Source: Polyangia bacterium
GTDB lineage: Bacteria; Myxococcota_A; Polyangia; JAAYKL01
Direction: 5' to 3'
DNA length: 27,037 nucleotides
Assembly: GCA_050287845.1 (NCBI GenBank)
Contig: JBNKCR010000059.1
Coordinates: forward strand, 1-27,037
Of this stretch, positions 25,114 to 27,037 are shown in pieces. The stretch's first letter is position 1, and each line of letters begins with the position of its first letter. Under the pieces are notes generated by a model. The model saw only the letters and a program-made list of their open reading frames with translations, had not been told where the DNA came from and ran no database searches. Position numbers and translations under genes: made by a program.

Positions 25114-26439
25114 TCAATTTTCCCGAGTCATATTGCATCGATAGGAAGCGGCCCAGGGGGAGAGCATGGTTGGATCGGTGCTCATGAACACCAGCAGTTC
25201 TTTGCCGGGCTGCAGGATGACGGCCTGGGGCAGCGCGTTTCTGGCGATTGTTGCCAGCGTGGCGATATCGTTCGGGGTGGCCATTCGGATTCGCCAGAGG
25301 AATGCGACGTGATTCGTCTGTGGATTGGTAAACATCTGAATGGCGTCCCCTCTCCATTGCAGGGCGAGGCGCCATGTGCCCGCGATATCAAGGCCGGGAG
25401 CCCCGCTGGTCCTGCTGAGGAAGGCGTACAGAATGGCCGCACCGAAGGTGTCCTGATAGACGAGTTTAAACCCGTCGGCGGGATTTGCTTTGCCGCATTG
25501 CAGGGGTTCCGTCAGTGCATCCGGATTCTGTGACGCAACGTCATAGCCAGCCATCCAATACACCGCTGATGTGGGGAAATCGAGCCGCAAATCGTTCATG
25601 CCGTCGAGCCCGCTGCGTAAAAACGTTTCATACACATAAAGGGGACCGGTTGCATAATACAGTGATGTTCTGGCTGGCACATATGGAGATGAATTCTCGG
25701 CGATGTCCTCTTGTACATAGGATAACCAGCTTCCATACCATTTCGAAATCTCCAGGGATTCAATACTGTAGTCAAAAAGAATCGCCAGAGCGAAATTCCC
25801 GCGGATTGTCGCATCCCCTTCTTTGGAATTGGCAGTGGATATCAGAATGTCGTCATCGTGGGAGTACAGCTCAGACTGTTCTTCCAATCCGACTTCGAAA
25901 TCCTGAAAGGCGTGAGTGAACTCATGAGCCAGAGTGTACATGTTATCCATCAGGCTCATTTGAACAGGGTGGGTGATGACGGTCACGTCTCTGTAAAGAG
26001 ATGAATAGTACGCGACGACTTCTGTTGCCTGAGATTCATTCACCGCTGTGGCGGTTGTGTTTTCCGGTGTAACCAACCCCAGCATATGCAGACTCGCATC
26101 CCAATAATTCTCTGCAATCGCCAGCTCTCCTGAGTCAGTATCTGCACTGTCGGTGTCCGTCGATGTGTCCACCTCTGTTTCCGCCTCGGTGTCCAATAGT
26201 CCCAACTCCTCCCTGAATTCATCTTCACTGATGGTTCGGATGGGAGGCATTGGCATCGGACTGTCGTGAAGGCATTGCACGGCTCTAAACACCGCCTGCT
26301 GACATGGGGGCGTACTGATATCACAGGCAGCGGGAAGCCTCAGCTTGCGTTCGTTCGCGCAGAATCGGAAAGATTCAGGCTCGTCATCGCATCCAGGTAA
26401 ACCGGAGGCGACAATCAGCAGCAATAATCCAGACACCAT
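25114..26439 (-). CDS. Lipoprotein with HEXXH gluzincin-like metallopeptidase motif
   Basis: Lipobox SGLPGC; AYYS, LAHEFTHAFQD and downstream KEGDAT; short DTDS acidic insert. Start uncertain. Confidence 0.7.
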   Translation of the reverse strand: MVSGLLLLIVASGLPGCDDEPESFRFCANERKLRLPAACDISTPPCQQAVFRAVQCLHDSPMPMPPIRTISEDEFREELGLLDTEAETEVDTSTDTDSADTDSGELAIAENYWDASLHMLGLVTPENTTATAVNESQATEVVAYYSSLYRDVTVITHPVQMSLMDNMYTLAHEFTHAFQDFEVGLEEQSELYSHDDDILISTANSKEGDATIRGNFALAILFDYSIESLEISKWYGSWLSYVQEDIAENSSPYVPARTSLYYATGPLYVYETFLRSGLDGMNDLRLDFPTSAVYWMAGYDVASQNPDALTEPLQCGKANPADGFKLVYQDTFGAAILYAFLSRTSGAPGLDIAGTWRLALQWRGDAIQMFTNPQTNHVAFLWRIRMATPNDIATLATIARNALPQAVILQPGKELLVFMSTDPTMLSPWAASYRCNMTREN

Positions 26440-27037
26440 TTTCAGTATTTCATTTGTTGTGAACCGGAACACGAATTCCTCCGCTTTCGATGTAATATTC
26501 CACTCGAAAATCAGGGTTTGCATGATTTGCAACGCGATTCAATTTGTATCGTCTTTAAGGGGATTTGTATATAGGCAAGGCCGAAAATTCCGGTGGCGGT
26601 TAATTCTGAACGCTGCGCACGCAGCCGTATCAGAAATTCATCCCCACCGAGACAACGCCGATTCTGAAGTGCTCGGTCCATTGGATTGTGTCCATGAAAC
26701 ACTCCGTAATGACATTTTGGCGCTGATATTGAAGAGACAAAAAATAATTACCTCAGAGATGTTCCGTTATCGAACGATTGTTCCCATTGACGGATTTTCG
26801 CTCGTCGGTGGTACACGGGTTGGCAGATGCTCAGAAAAGATAGGTGAGCTTGAACAGAAACTGTCGGGTGGCGAATTGATCGACCTTGTTTGGTGGCTTA
26901 TTTGGTCGCTGACAGTGATTATTTGTTTGCATCTCGTCAGACTTAAAAATTGATTTTTTGAGGGGTAGTCTGACAGCTCAATCCATCGTTGCGCACAGAA
27001 ATGTCACCGTTCGGTACCCGGACACCCGATTTTTGCA

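Noticed and set aside
26345..26953. 202-aa plus-strand ORF
   Set aside because: It overlaps the opposite-strand lipoprotein start and has no recognisable motif or convincing RBS. Left unannotated.

Overview
Bacterial chromosomal window. Gene content and Asp/Thr/Ser-rich lipoprotein linkers suggest a Myxococcota/deltaproteobacterium-like organism (inference). Core genes are sucC-sucD, a malic enzyme and uup-rlmN-mepA. The window also encodes a VanW-family protein, a sulfatase-like/FGE-like divergent pair, a soluble chemoreceptor and several lipoproteins. Main unusual features: (1) an 81-aa GIY-YIG nuclease gene bracketed by two inverted, structurally related hairpins, each followed by its own tandem array (3x36 bp and 4x24 bp); (2) this module lies between two ~90% identical copies of the 3' end of an FGE-domain gene, in a pattern that is not DGR-like; (3) a frameshifted IS4/IS50-type element whose flanks are hairpin halves with a mismatched 9-bp target repeat; (4) a 903-aa GH57 hydrolase-glycogen synthase fusion; (5) a pseudo-receiver/CheX-like fusion; (6) a 216-bp nested-hairpin inverted repeat after mepA, also flanked by a duplicated gene 3' end. 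All calls come from motif reading and manual alignment; no database searches were run.
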